NCBI GenBank assembly: GCA_951406725.2
Contig: OX597817.1
Location: forward strand, 113,584,001-113,648,000
Reading direction: 5' to 3'
Origin: Octopus vulgaris
Lineage: Eukaryota
Length of the DNA stretch: 64,000 bases
The translations under genes were made by a program, and so were the position numbers. Positions 52,269 to 64,000 of the stretch are shown in pieces. How positions within the stretch are numbered: the first letter of the stretch is position 1; each line of letters opens with the position of its first letter. The notes beneath the pieces are model-generated. The model saw only the letters and a list, made by a program, of their open reading frames with translations. It made no database searches and was not told the DNA's origin.

Positions 52269-53560
52269 TCAGGTCATCCCATAAGTTCTGTCTGATTTTA
52301 ACTTTTTTTTAAATTGAATGAAATTTAATAGTATTTTAGAATGTCTAATGGAATTAAGAATTATTTTTATATATTTGTGTACATTTAAACTAATTAAATA
52401 TTATTTTACAGGATAGTAGAATTAAAATTTATTTGATTAAAATCCTATCTAACATGGAAGTATCCAAAGAGCATTTCAGGCACATAATGCTTTATGAGTA
52501 CAAAAAAGGAAACTCTGCAGCTGAAGCGACTCGAAACATACACTCAGTTTATGGGAAAGAATGTTTGAATGAAAGAACTTGCAGAAGATGGCTTGCAAAA
52601 TCCAGAAGTGAAGATTTCAGCCTTGAAAATGAAGATCGAAGAGGACGTCCAATTGAGTTTGATGATAAGCTCTTTGAGGCATTACTTGAAAAAAAATCTT
52701 GCATTTCCAGTTGAAGAACTGGCAATAAAGCTTAGTTCAAACCATACAACTGTTCATCGTCATCTTCAACAACTTGGAAAGGTTCCTAAATTTGGAAAAT
52801 GTGTGCCTCATGAATTGTCTGAAAGCAACCACAAACCCTGAGTTGACATCTGCTCTTCTCTCCATTCTCACAAACTCATTTCACCCTTTTTAGATAGACT
52901 TGTGGCTGGTGACAAAAAATGGATCTTCTATCGAAATGTTAAATGTCGTAAACAGTGGCTTGGTAAAAGGGAAAAAGCTCAACCACAACCGAGAAGAGAA
53001 CTTAATGAGAAAAAAGTTCTTCTCTCTATCTGGTGGGATTTCAAAGGAGTAATTCACTTTGAATTGTTACCACCTAATGCAACAATCAATGCTCAAGTCT
53101 ACTGTCAGCAATTAGAGTGTTTGAACCAAACTTTGAAGGAAAAAAGATCCACTTTATTGAATCGAAAAGGAGTGATGTTTCATCAGAACAATGCGTGACC
53201 CCACGCTGCAAAAATCACATCACTGAAGATCGAAGAGCTTGGTTGGGAAAAAAATCCCTCATCCACCTTATTCTCCTGACCTTGCTCCTTCAGACTACCA
53301 TTTGTTTCATAGTTTACAGAATCATTTGGGGGACATAACTTTTGCAAGCCAGGAGGAGGTGGAAAACTGACATTTCAGAGTTCTTTGTTTTGAAACCAAA
53401 CGAGTTTTACAGTGATAGGATTAAAAAGCTTGTAAATAGATGGAAAGAAATCATAGATAATCAGGGAAAGTACATTGATGATTAAATTTCAATTAAATAT
53501 AACATTTAATCCCTTGTTTTCTTTATTCAAAATTTGGACAGAACTTATGGGATGACCTGA
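52269..53560 (+). mobile_element. Full-length mariner (Mos1-like) with pseudogenised transposase 52454-53485
   Basis: TA|TCAGGTCATCCCATAAGTTCTGTC ... GACAGAACTTATGGGATGACCTGA|TA; MEVSKEHFRHIMLYEY, AGDKKW, HQNNA, HPPYSPDLAPSDYHLF. Confidence 0.93.
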
Positions 53561-53564
53561 TATA

Positions 53565-53617
<53 letters not shown>

Positions 53618-53996
53618 ATGTGTGTGCGTCTTGGCACTCCGTCGGTTACAATGATGAGGTTTCCAGTTGATCCAATCAACAGAACAGCCTGCTCATGAAA
53701 TTAATGTGTAAGTGGCTGAGCACTCCACAGACACATGTACCCTTAACGTAGTTCTCAGGGAGATTCAGCGTGACACAGTGTGTGACAAGGCTGGCTCTTC
53801 GAAATACAGGTACAACAGAAACAGGAAGAAAGAGTGAGGGAAGGTTGTGGTGAAATAGTACAGCAGGGTTCTCCACCTTGTGGAGCTTTAGATGTTTTTG
53901 CTCAATAAACACTCACAATGCCCGGTCTGGGAATCAAAACCGCGATCCCATAACCGCGAGTCTGCTGCCCTAACCACTGGGCCATTGCACCTCCAC

Positions 53997-54091
<95 letters not shown>

Positions 54092-55011
54092 TATATATGT
54101 GTATGTTTAATCATGTGTTGGTTGCAAATGAGCATCATTATCATACAATTATGGTTGTTTGTTTCCAGTCTTCTATAAAAAACATGTCTGGCTATGGAGA
54201 AATATTACTTTGCTTGGAGACTGGTGAGGGTTGGTGATAGGAAGGGCATCTGACTGTAGAAAATCTGCTTCAACAAATTCTGTCCGGCCCATGCCTAGAA
54301 AAGTGAATATTGCATGACAATGACGAAATATAATCAAGGTGTGCTATTTCTTTAGTTCTATGTTTATTCTGCTCTATTTAGAAATGCTCTGAAAACATGG
54401 TGATGGGCAATGGCACTGTTATCAGCATTGGCAGCAATATTGGTGGACACATTATTCAATAAATCTTATTTTAGAATGATTGATTGAGTGTAACTTGAGA
54501 GAAATCTGGCTGCTATTTCTAGCAGGTTGATAAATTACACATTAGAAATTCCCTTGTTGTTTCATAAACATAAAAATGGATAAAATTTCACTCAAGTTTT
54601 CTTTGTTATAATGTTCAGCCCCTCTTGTCATATCATTAGTGATACTGAGACCAGTAGATTGGCAGAATCATTAGAGCATCAGACAAAATACCTTAGCATT
54701 TGTACTGGCTCTTTACAGTCAGAGTTCAAATCCTGCCAAGGTCAGCTTATCCCTTCAATCTTTCAGGGTTGATAAAATAAAGTCAGCCACTTGGGTTGTT
54801 GTTATCAACTAGCCCCATCACATGCCTCTCAAAATTGCTGGCCTTGAGCCTAAATTAGAAACAATTATTACTTATACTCATTGTATTGGGTTTGAAACCA
54901 ATTTCAGCACAGATACACACTGTAGTCAATGAGAGTGTAGCAAAATTTTTTATTGTATTTTGTCTTTGATCTTATTTAGAAATCAATGAAAATGACTCCT
55001 ATTCCCTTTAA

Positions 55012-55231
55012 CCCTTTTGTTACTGTATTTATTTTGAGATGCTCTATGTTTCTTTCAATTACTTTAAATATAACAAAGAATTTAGTATAATAACTTAGTT
55101 ATCATTCAGCTAGTGTTAGGAACATAAATTGTGACTAAGGTTTGGTGAAAGATTTTAATTCACAACTTATGAAAACAAGACATTTGTACTCAGAGCCAGA
55201 GCCGGTTTCAGCTGGGTTGGTAACGAAAGGG
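55012..55231. mobile_element. piggyBac-type MITE (second family)
   Basis: TTAA|CCCTTTTGTTAC ... GTAACGAAAGGG|TTAA. Confidence 0.8.
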
Positions 55232-57165
55232 TTAAACTCTGCTTTTGTGACCTGGACATTAATATTTTGAAACTGACCTGCCTATTTTCCATTCAGAGCT
55301 GAGATGCTAATGCTGAAGTATGTGCTCAACACCACAGATTTGCTTGTCAGTTGCTTGAGCTTAACCACTTGAGCATGTCACTTAGTGGCTGACTAAGTGT
55401 GTCTCTGATCATGAGCAGGAGTTATGGGGGAGCATTATGGCCATGTGGTGTGAGAGATTATTTGGGGTTTGAATAAATGTAAGAAAAGCAAAGTTTGAAG
55501 GAAATATTAGCCATTTTTCATACTTTCTAGGGGTAAACAAATAGGAAATAACAGTTGCTACCCAAGGACAAAAATCGTGTTACACAGTGTTATATACAGT
55601 AAATTTCTCTTGCAAAACAACTCTATTATCTTACAGTTCTCTGTTGTTTGAATTAAACTCTGTATTGAAATATCAGATGAGAGAAGTGTAAATAACTACA
55701 TTATCAAATTATTAAAATCTTTGAAAATTCTTTCAATACTTGGATTTCTTTTTCTTCTGTTTTTGTCCCTTTCTCTTCCCAGATGTTTCTTAATCAATAA
55801 TGTTTCTATTAATACTAATTGAATGTTATCTGTGATTTTCCTTAATGTACAAAATCAATACAAGTGGAACCAGTTGCAATCAGTTTTCGAAATAGCAACC
55901 TGAGGCTATTGAAATCTGAGTCCTAAGGAATCTGAGATGAGGAAAACTTGATGCTTAAAACTTTGTAACTTAGATATGTTATTACTGAACTTTCAACATT
56001 ACACTTTAGATGATAACAGATATTTTAGAAGCAAAAGAAAATGTTTCTTACCAAACTGAGAATAAATTTTCCCCACTCTTATTCTTCATGATTTTACACC
56101 ATCCCCACGCAATTTCCCTCCCCCTCCTTCTCTCTTTTTGTCACTACTTTCAATCTACCTATTCGATACCATCACTTTCCAATAAAAGAACCTACCCAAA
56201 GTGCTAGACATGTTCTCACAGCAACCCAGTTCATTTCACTTTTAAACTATATCTTACTATTTACCTTCAGAATAAGTATGTTTATTCAGTGAGTTGCACA
56301 AAAATCCATTTGTGTGTGTGTGTGTGTGCATGTGTGTGTGTGTCTATTGTGCATGCATGCGTGTGTGTTAAACAATTAATTTCAGAGAGGGCTTAATTGG
56401 GTACTTGTATCATTATATCTTCATCGTTCAATTCTTGGAACTCAGTTATGCAATGGTTATTGCACTCTTCAGTCTATTTTTTCTCATGTAAACATTATTT
56501 CCATGAATTAATCAGTAAAAATGGTGCAGAATAAAAGGTAAACTCCCACTAGTGAATTGGCAAGATTGTTAGAGCATTGTACACAATTCTTTGTAGTATT
56601 AAGCTGTAGTCCTTTATGTTCTGAGTTCCAATCCCACTAGCAGCACTACCACTAGGTTTTTTTAGTCTTCTGTGGTTGATAAAATTAAACATCTGTGAAA
56701 TACTAGTGTCAATATAATTAACCGGACTTCTCCCCACCAAACATATGTGGCCTTCTATCAATATTAGAAATTAATATTCCTATAAAGTGTCTTAGATGTT
56801 AACGGAATAGTTATAAAATACCTTGATATAATTTCAATTCCTGGTTGTAACTATTTCACAACACTTATATCACAAATGTGATTGACAAAAGCGTAAAGGT
56901 TTAAAAAAATGTAAAAAAGAACCCTATTGTGTTGCTCTCCAACAAAGTCACTCAGGTAAATAATCCATCAATGGATATCATTGATTATGAAATATCAAGT
57001 AATTGAATTCAGTATGTGTGACACAATTCAAACATTAATTGATGAATTGATTAAGTTTTATTTCAACTAATTGTGTCATAAATTAGTGATGCAGTTTCCT
57101 TGAAACCTAATTTAATTCAAAGAGAATTTCAAATGTTTAATGTTGATTTTTGTTTTCTTTTGCAG

Positions 57166-57666
57166 GAAGACAGTCTCCGTTATCTGTTGAATCCACAAAG
57201 GCGAAGAAGGCGTTGTCCTCCAATATGGTGGAAGATATTTTTGTGGCTTGGTGCCAATCTTCTCTTTTTTGGAATTGTTGGGATTCTGGTTGGTTATTTA
57301 GTGCCACAGAGAAAAGTCATCATTGATATTAACAGTAATACAAAAATTGCAATGGTCGACAGAGATGCTGAACGCTACAACAAAATGCTTGATGTTTGTA
57401 AAGTTATTGGTCTTATTCTTTTTTGTGCTGGTGGAGCCATTTTCTCATTGTCTTTGCTTTTTCCAAGTTTTTTCACAAGTTACTGTGAGGATGATATTCA
57501 TGATGCTACAGAAGAGTCTTTCCAAATCAGTGTTGGAGATATGGAGAAAAGATCCAATTCCTCTGTAGAAATGACCATTCCAGTCACAGCTGAAACAAAG
57601 AGTGTCCAGCCAAATATTGGCCAGTCTGTTGTAGTCACTGATGATCTCATAAAAATGAAAGACTGA
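57166..57666 (+). CDS. NRSN: Neurensin-family protein, terminal coding exon (166 aa + stop)
   Basis: T-rich tract plus CAG acceptor at 57163-57165, phase 0 compatible with the donor at 40506; WWK-TM1-GYLVP, VDRDAERYNKMLDVCK-TM2 (GLILFCAGG) and C-terminal IPVT...VQP match the neurensin layout. Confidence 0.9.
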   Translation, partial: EDSLRYLLNPQRRRRRCPPIWWKIFLWLGANLLFFGIVGILVGYLVPQRKVIIDINSNTKIAMVDRDAERYNKMLDVCKVIGLILFCAGGAIFSLSLLFPSFFTSYCEDDIHDATEESFQISVGDMEKRSNSSVEMTIPVTAETKSVQPNIGQSVVVTDDLIKMKD

Positions 57667-57720
57667 AACACTCTACTCCTGTTGGTAGTTCCTTGTCTGA
57701 ACATAGTGATCTCTTATAGC

Positions 57721-57726
57721 AATAAA
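57721..57726 (+). promoter_or_regulatory. Candidate polyadenylation signal
   Basis: AATAAA 55 nt after the stop; alternatives at 57933 and 58023. Confidence 0.4.
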
Positions 57727-59025
57727 CTGTATTGTGTCTCAGTCTGAAAATGTTAGACACTTCAGTTGGCTATGACATTTTCTTGTTGTAACAAACTGTC
57801 TGTAATGTCATGTGTATGAGTGTTTTCCATGTATTTATCAGGAAATGGTATTTATTGGTATGAAAGAAAATGGCATTCAAGCATAGAGTGTCGTTAGAGT
57901 AATGACATACTATGCTTAAATAACAATACTTTAATAAAACTTTTGCTTCCATTCTGGTGTCCATTTACATTAATTTCTTAGGAATATTCATTACAAAGAG
58001 AAAAAAACAACAACAGATGTTTAATAAATATTTTCTTTCATGATGGCATGAGAAATTGTGTTATTTATTGATAAGCAATAGAGTTAGTGGCTATTATTTA
58101 TAATTTAGTATGACTTTAATACATTAAGTGAATACTTGTGCTTGTTGTAAAAAGACTTCTTCCAAGATGACAACCACATGTTCTTGTGGTTGTCGTCTTT
58201 GAAGTCATCAGAAATAAATTTATGATCTATGGTGTGAATTCTACAATCTATTGAAATCTTTCCTACTGCTGTTGAGTAGCCCCAATCACCTCTGTTCAAG
58301 TATGAAGATATGGAAGTAGCTTACAGTATCTTTAACTGTGTCCATCCTGTCTTTATAGGTGGTATTTTGTCCCAAAAGGATATGACTTAAAAAACAACAA
58401 AAAACATGATTTAGTATTTTACAAATAACGATGTCTATTGAGGTAGATTTGGATGCTAAAGAGAAATTCAGTTATACTATAAACACATTTCATTAATATT
58501 TTATAGATAAGATGAGTTGCTGCAAAATTCCTGGCTTTAAACGTATCACGAAAGGCCTGGTTGTAGGCTCAACCTTCCAAATTCTTTTACAGGGCTTAGA
58601 AAAACTGAAGGACCGCTGCAATAAGTGTGAGGATCTGCGAGGAGAATATCTCCAATAAAATCATAATTAACTGATCCTCCTGTATTTTCTTTTACCCAAA
58701 GCCAGAACTTTTCAGCAACCTGTCATATGTTAAAGTTCTTTCACTATTTATGAGTATCATATACCACTGTTTAAACATATAATCTCTATTTGATAAATTT
58801 GCCTTATTCAAACATTCATAAATCATGGTTTCAATATTGATAATACATGAGAGACAGGCATGGTTGTGTGACAAAATGTTTTCTTCCCAACCACTTTGTT
58901 TCAGGTTCAGTCCCACTGCATAGCACCTTGGGAAAATGTCTTCTACTATAGCCCCAGGCTGACTTAAGTCTTGTGAGTGGATCTGGTAGATGGAAACTGA
59001 AAGAAGCTTGGTGTGTGCATGTATG

Positions 59026-59056
<31 letters not shown>

Positions 59057-59057
59057 T

Positions 59058-59225
59058 ACTACACTCACGGAGTGGTTGGCGTTAGGAAGGGCATCCAGCC
59101 GTAGAAACACTGCCAGATCTGACTGGGCCTGATGAAGCCTTCCAGCTTCACAGACCCCAGTTGAACCGTCCAACCCATGCTAGCATGGAGAACGGACGCT
59201 AAATGATGATGATGATGATGATGAT
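59058..59225 (+). mobile_element. RTE-type 3' tail copy inserted in (TA)n within a SINE
   Basis: Near-identical to 44146-44313. Confidence 0.8.
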
Positions 59226-59261
59226 ATATATATATATATGTATATATATGCATGCACATAC

Positions 59262-59299
<38 letters not shown>

Positions 59300-60284
59300 A
59301 TGTGTTACTGTCCCCTTGCTTTAACATTGCATGATAGTTGTAAACAAGTGTCACTGGCATGCAAGCAATGTATTTCATTTCCAATCTTCTGAAAAAAAAC
59401 ATGTGAAATCAGGAGAGTGGGTGGGGGGAGAAAGTACCTCACAGGTGAGGGTTGATAATGGGAAGGGCATCTGACCATAGAAAATCCACATTAAAAAAAT
59501 TCCATCCAACCCATGTGGGTATGGAATTGTGGATGTTAAAATGATGATGGTGATGATGATGACTTAGCTATGTGGTGAAATAATTGAAATAGAAACGTTA
59601 ACAGCACATTCAATGATCAATTTAATACTTAAACAAGGCCAATACCAATGCTGTCTCTCTCAGCTCTGTGGTTGAAATCAATAACTTTTAATCCTACTTT
59701 ATTGCAAAACAAGCAGGAATTAAATTAAATTAATTAGAAATAGAATAAAATAAGATAGTAACTCTAATCTTTGGTAGTATGGCAACAAATGCAGACATGT
59801 TTTGGTCATACTAGACTTCATCAGCATACTAAACTTCATAAGCAAGGCATAGTCTAACCAGTACTGCAAGAACTAAGAGCTGTGTACTTATTTAGGAAAT
59901 ATATTTAAAAAAAACCGTTACATGGTATAACTGAAGTGAGAGGACTAGCCAGAAGCACTTGCTTCAAGAAAATCAAATAAATAAAATACTGTTAAGTTTG
60001 TGTTAACATATTTAATATAGTAAACATTATACAGAAATAGTTGTTTTGTGAGGGGAAGATAATATATAGTGAATGATATTGTTTTAATCAATTTAACAAG
60101 TATGGAAGACAACTTCTGATGTGTTTCAGCTTTATCAGATCTCTTCAGCAATGTATAAATTTCACTGTATGAATCAAAGTAATAGTAATGGTGGGAGAAT
60201 CACTAAGAGAAGTACAAGTGTAAGCATGGAAAATAAGCATTTTCAGTTATCATATTTGATGGCAGAATGATCAGAAATATGCTG

Positions 60285-60341
<57 letters not shown>

Positions 60342-60342
<1 letters not shown>

Positions 60343-61100
60343 GTTATGAGAGGTAATGGTGTCAATAAGACCCAAAGGTGTCAGGTAATGCTGAGTAAAT
60401 GCCATGGACAGACTATAGTTGAGCTCCAGGTTTGGTGATTATGCGAATAAGGAGTCCAACATAGATCATATATCAGCATGTGTATATATAAAAAAATTTT
60501 CAGGATGAGATAAAAATTCAAGACTGTGAAAGATTTTAGAATATTTATAAATAGAAGGTCTTACAGCTGTTTTCGGGATATTTTATATATCCCTTCATTG
60601 GAGACGGTGTGAGAAAATGGTTAAGCAATAGTTAATATAGCTAAGATATGAAATAGAGAGTGAAGTGGAGGAATGAAAACAGATGTGAGATATGCAGGGA
60701 TATTGCATCTGTAGATCCATAATTTAGGCAGAATGATATACATATAAGATTCCAATACCTTGTAAGTTCCAATAGTATTTAAAATTGGTCATTCCAATTT
60801 TAAATACTATTTTAAATACTATTGGAACTTACAAGGTATTGGAATCTTATATGTATATCATTCTGCCTAAATTATGGATCTACAGATGCAATATCCCTGC
60901 ATATCTCACATCTGTTTTCATTCCTCCACTTCACTCTCTATTTCATATCTTATCTAAATTAACTATTGCTTAACCATTTTCTCACACCGTCTCCAATGAA
61001 GGGATATATAAAATATCCCAAAAACAGCTGTAAGCCCTTCTATTTATAAATATTCTAAAATCTTTCACAGCCTTGGATTTTTATCGCATTCTGAAAATTT
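60342..61100. mobile_element. Fold-back repeat element with arms of about 300 bp and degenerate hammerheads
   Basis: Arms about 60494-60788 and 60794-61100 with a 5-nt loop TCATT; homologous single copy at 34117-34360; flanked by (TA)n(GA)n and (GATA)n. Confidence 0.88.
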
Positions 61101-61122
61101 ATGTATATATATATAGAGAGAG

Positions 61123-61186
<64 letters not shown>

Positions 61187-62370
61187 TCATCATCATCATC
61201 ATCATCTCCACCACCATAATTTAACGTCTATTTTCCATGTTGGCATGAGTTGGATGGTTTGGCAGGAGCTGGCTAGCTGACAAGCTGCCCAGGCTCCATG
61301 TCTGTTTTGGCATGGTTTCTTTAGCCGGATGCCCTTCCTAATGCCAACTACTTTACAGAGTGTACTGGGTGCTTTTATGTGGTACATTTACGTGGCACCA
61401 GCATCTACGAGCCCACAAGATTAGGAGTGCTCAGCTGGAGAGGGATGCAGGAGACAAACCTGTATGCAAGGACAATCATGCTTTTAGATAGCTTGATGTA
61501 TTTGATGTGTCTCTTTAAGCACAGCAAACCACTAGGAGTCTCAGTCTCCTGTCTGTGAGTCCCAACATATGTAGATCCTTTTTCACCACTTTGTCCCTTG
61601 TCTTCTGGGTGTATCCCTTCCACTTGTTTCCTCTACAATTAGACATTGGCACCTCTTCATGCAACTGTCTTCATTCATATACATCACATGGTCATACCAG
61701 CACTGTCATCTCTCTTGCACACTACATCTGATGTCTTGTATACTCAATTTTTCTTTCAAATCACTTACACTCTGTCATATATGCACACTGACATTACCCA
61801 TCCAGCAGAGCTTAATGGCTTCATTTGTTTCAAGCCTTTGCATATCCTCAGTAGTCACAGCCCAAGTCTCACTGCCATGTAGCATAGCTGTTCATACACA
61901 GGCATCATACAGTCTGCATTTCACTCTGAGGGAGAGACCCTTCATTACTAACAGGGGTAGTAGCTCTCTGAACTTCATCCAGCCTATTCTTATTCTAGCA
62001 GCTATGCTTTCAGAACAACTTCCCTCACTACTGACTTGGCCACCTAAGTAACTGAAACTGTCAACTACATCTGAGGATCTCCCACTGACATTTGAAGGAG
62101 TCTATTTTTTGTACATTCCTGGTGTTTAATTACCTGCACACCTGCTACATGTAAAGACAACTTTCTCTGTTAGTCTTCCAGTGATACCACTGCACCTCTT
62201 ATGTGTCCATTGCTTGCACTGGGTACACCTTATGAAGTTTCTCCCAACTCCTTTTCTACACATCTAGCAGAGCCTTCTCTCTGAAGGGATCTGTGATTTG
62301 TTTGTTTTCCTACTTATCAATACTTTGGCCTTTGCTAAATTAACTCTAAGACCCTTTAATTCTAGTCTGT
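61187..62370 (-). mobile_element. Decayed RTE-clade LINE 3' portion with tail
   Basis: (CAT)n tail at 61187; minus-strand pieces VDSFSYLG, LYDACV.TAMLHGSETWA and WYDHVMYMNEDSC; same family as 5790-6720 and 7861-8793. Confidence 0.8.
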
Positions 62371-64000
62371 AACTTTAAAATAAGCAAATTCTGTGACAGT
62401 ATATATTAACTGGAGAGTGTAATTTGAAAGATTTGATTACTACATCTAGCAAGTTGATTGAGGCAAGCATTGTATATAGCAGGCATAGGCAACTGTTTAT
62501 GAGAAGCAGGCCACACTGGACATGGCTCATCTTCAAGTAGGTCACACTATTAAAATGATTCAAGGTAATTTTTTGTTGACATGCTATTCAGAAAGTCCTG
62601 TGGGTCACTGTTTATCTATGGCTGGTATATAGGCTTCTTCTATATACAATAAATGGTAGAGTTGGTATTTGATATAGTTGACTGCTTTGTTGGAGTAGAT
62701 GAAGTGATCCAGACATGGAAAATGGGTTCAGGACTGCATTAGATGGGGGTGGGGGTGATATTTGGGCTAAAGAAGCAGGTGTTGGAGCAAGCAATGGGTT
62801 CAGATTGGGTTTGGTAAGGAGTGAAAAACTAGACCAGGTCATCCAGATTGCAATTACAACTGAAGGAAGGGAGAAGTTTTACAGGAAAGATGTTAGATGT
62901 ATCAGGATTAGGTTGGAGGAGATAAAAGTTTTACACTTCTTTGCTAGAAACCATTTATTACTTTCTACTTTCTTTTTGCCATAAACATGCACTCATTTTT
63001 CCCTCTATATGATTATGATTTTCCCTCTTCTCCTTTTATCTGTCTTGACAAAGGACCATCTCTTCGAAATATTGAATATCTCCCCTTTTCCTTCATAGCA
63101 TCATACATCAATTTTGTATTTCCATTCATTGTTTTTGTTGACTCCCCCACCACACACGTTTTTACTTTTAATATACCTTGCACTAGCACAAAAAAAGATC
63201 TCTTATACATAGATATTGAATTTCTTTCTGCATCTTTCTACATTAACTATACTTAAACTCATTCTCTTGGATTTGCATCATAACCTTAAATGATTCCAAA
63301 CCTCCTTTCTTCCTGCTTTCTGCTACACAGCCTTGCGTATCTCCAACATTATCTTCACCAACACATGTCAATCAATCCACACTGCTTCCTTTAGCTGCTT
63401 CATTCATCACAATGGTATGCCTCATGGTTTACATCTTCCTTTTAATTGGCACTATTTTGCTCCTTCCATTGAACCCCATTCTTGAGAACTCTTCCCACAT
63501 ATATACCATCATTTAAGCCATTTGCTTCTGTCTCCTTGAACTGGACCATAAGATCTACCAATCATTCTCTCTTCTACCTGAACCCCATATATTACCTGTT
63601 CCATGGCCTTTTACTTCCACCACATTAATTGACTTCTTCTCACACACAAAATATCACAAGTTCTATTAACTTGCTGATCTAGTCCCTATTGTCTCCATAT
63701 CTACTGTTTTTTTTTCACTCAACAGTAATTCTACTCTCCAACCTAACACTCTCTGAAACTAAGCATTCGATCTTTGGTAGGGAGTCACTATATTCCAAGC
63801 TACATGCCTTCTTTTATAACAAACTGACTGAACCCAGTAACATTGATCCCTTTACTGATTTTGGCCAATGGCCATCTGACTGGATATCTGATCATGAACA
63901 GCTTAAGACTTAAGCTACTCAACAGCTCCATTAGATACACAGTGAACCACTTCAATTTCCAGAAGCATTTAAGACCAGTAAGAATCTGGTCAGAATTTGT

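Noticed and set aside
62990-63450. Possible Penelope pseudo-LTR (TTGACAA..GAAA) and N-terminal H...SC....MPHGLHL motif
   Set aside because: Too degenerate to support without a profile search

Overview
AT-rich, microsatellite- and transposon-saturated animal genomic DNA. The repeat landscape looks like a coleoid cephalopod, probably octopus, but that is an inference. One host protein-coding gene is supported: a neurensin-family gene on the + strand, with coding exons 40264-40506 and 57166-57666 (247 aa, two TM helices) separated by a 16.7 kb intron. Candidate non-coding first exon or promoter regions lie upstream. The rest is decayed mobile DNA: four near-full-length mariner elements, one Tc1, one Tigger/pogo, several MITE families, RTE-, CR1- and CRE-like LINE fragments, Helentron-type ends and three tRNA-derived SINE families. 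The most unusual layer is not visible in the ORF track. It consists of about ten type I hammerhead-ribozyme-like motifs, three with intact cores and helices, plus two Penelope-like GIY-YIG endonuclease remnants and four long fold-back palindromes. Most of these sit in or next to (TA)n/(CA)n microsatellites. All calls were made by eye, and repeat boundaries are approximate unless TIR/TSD sequences are quoted.
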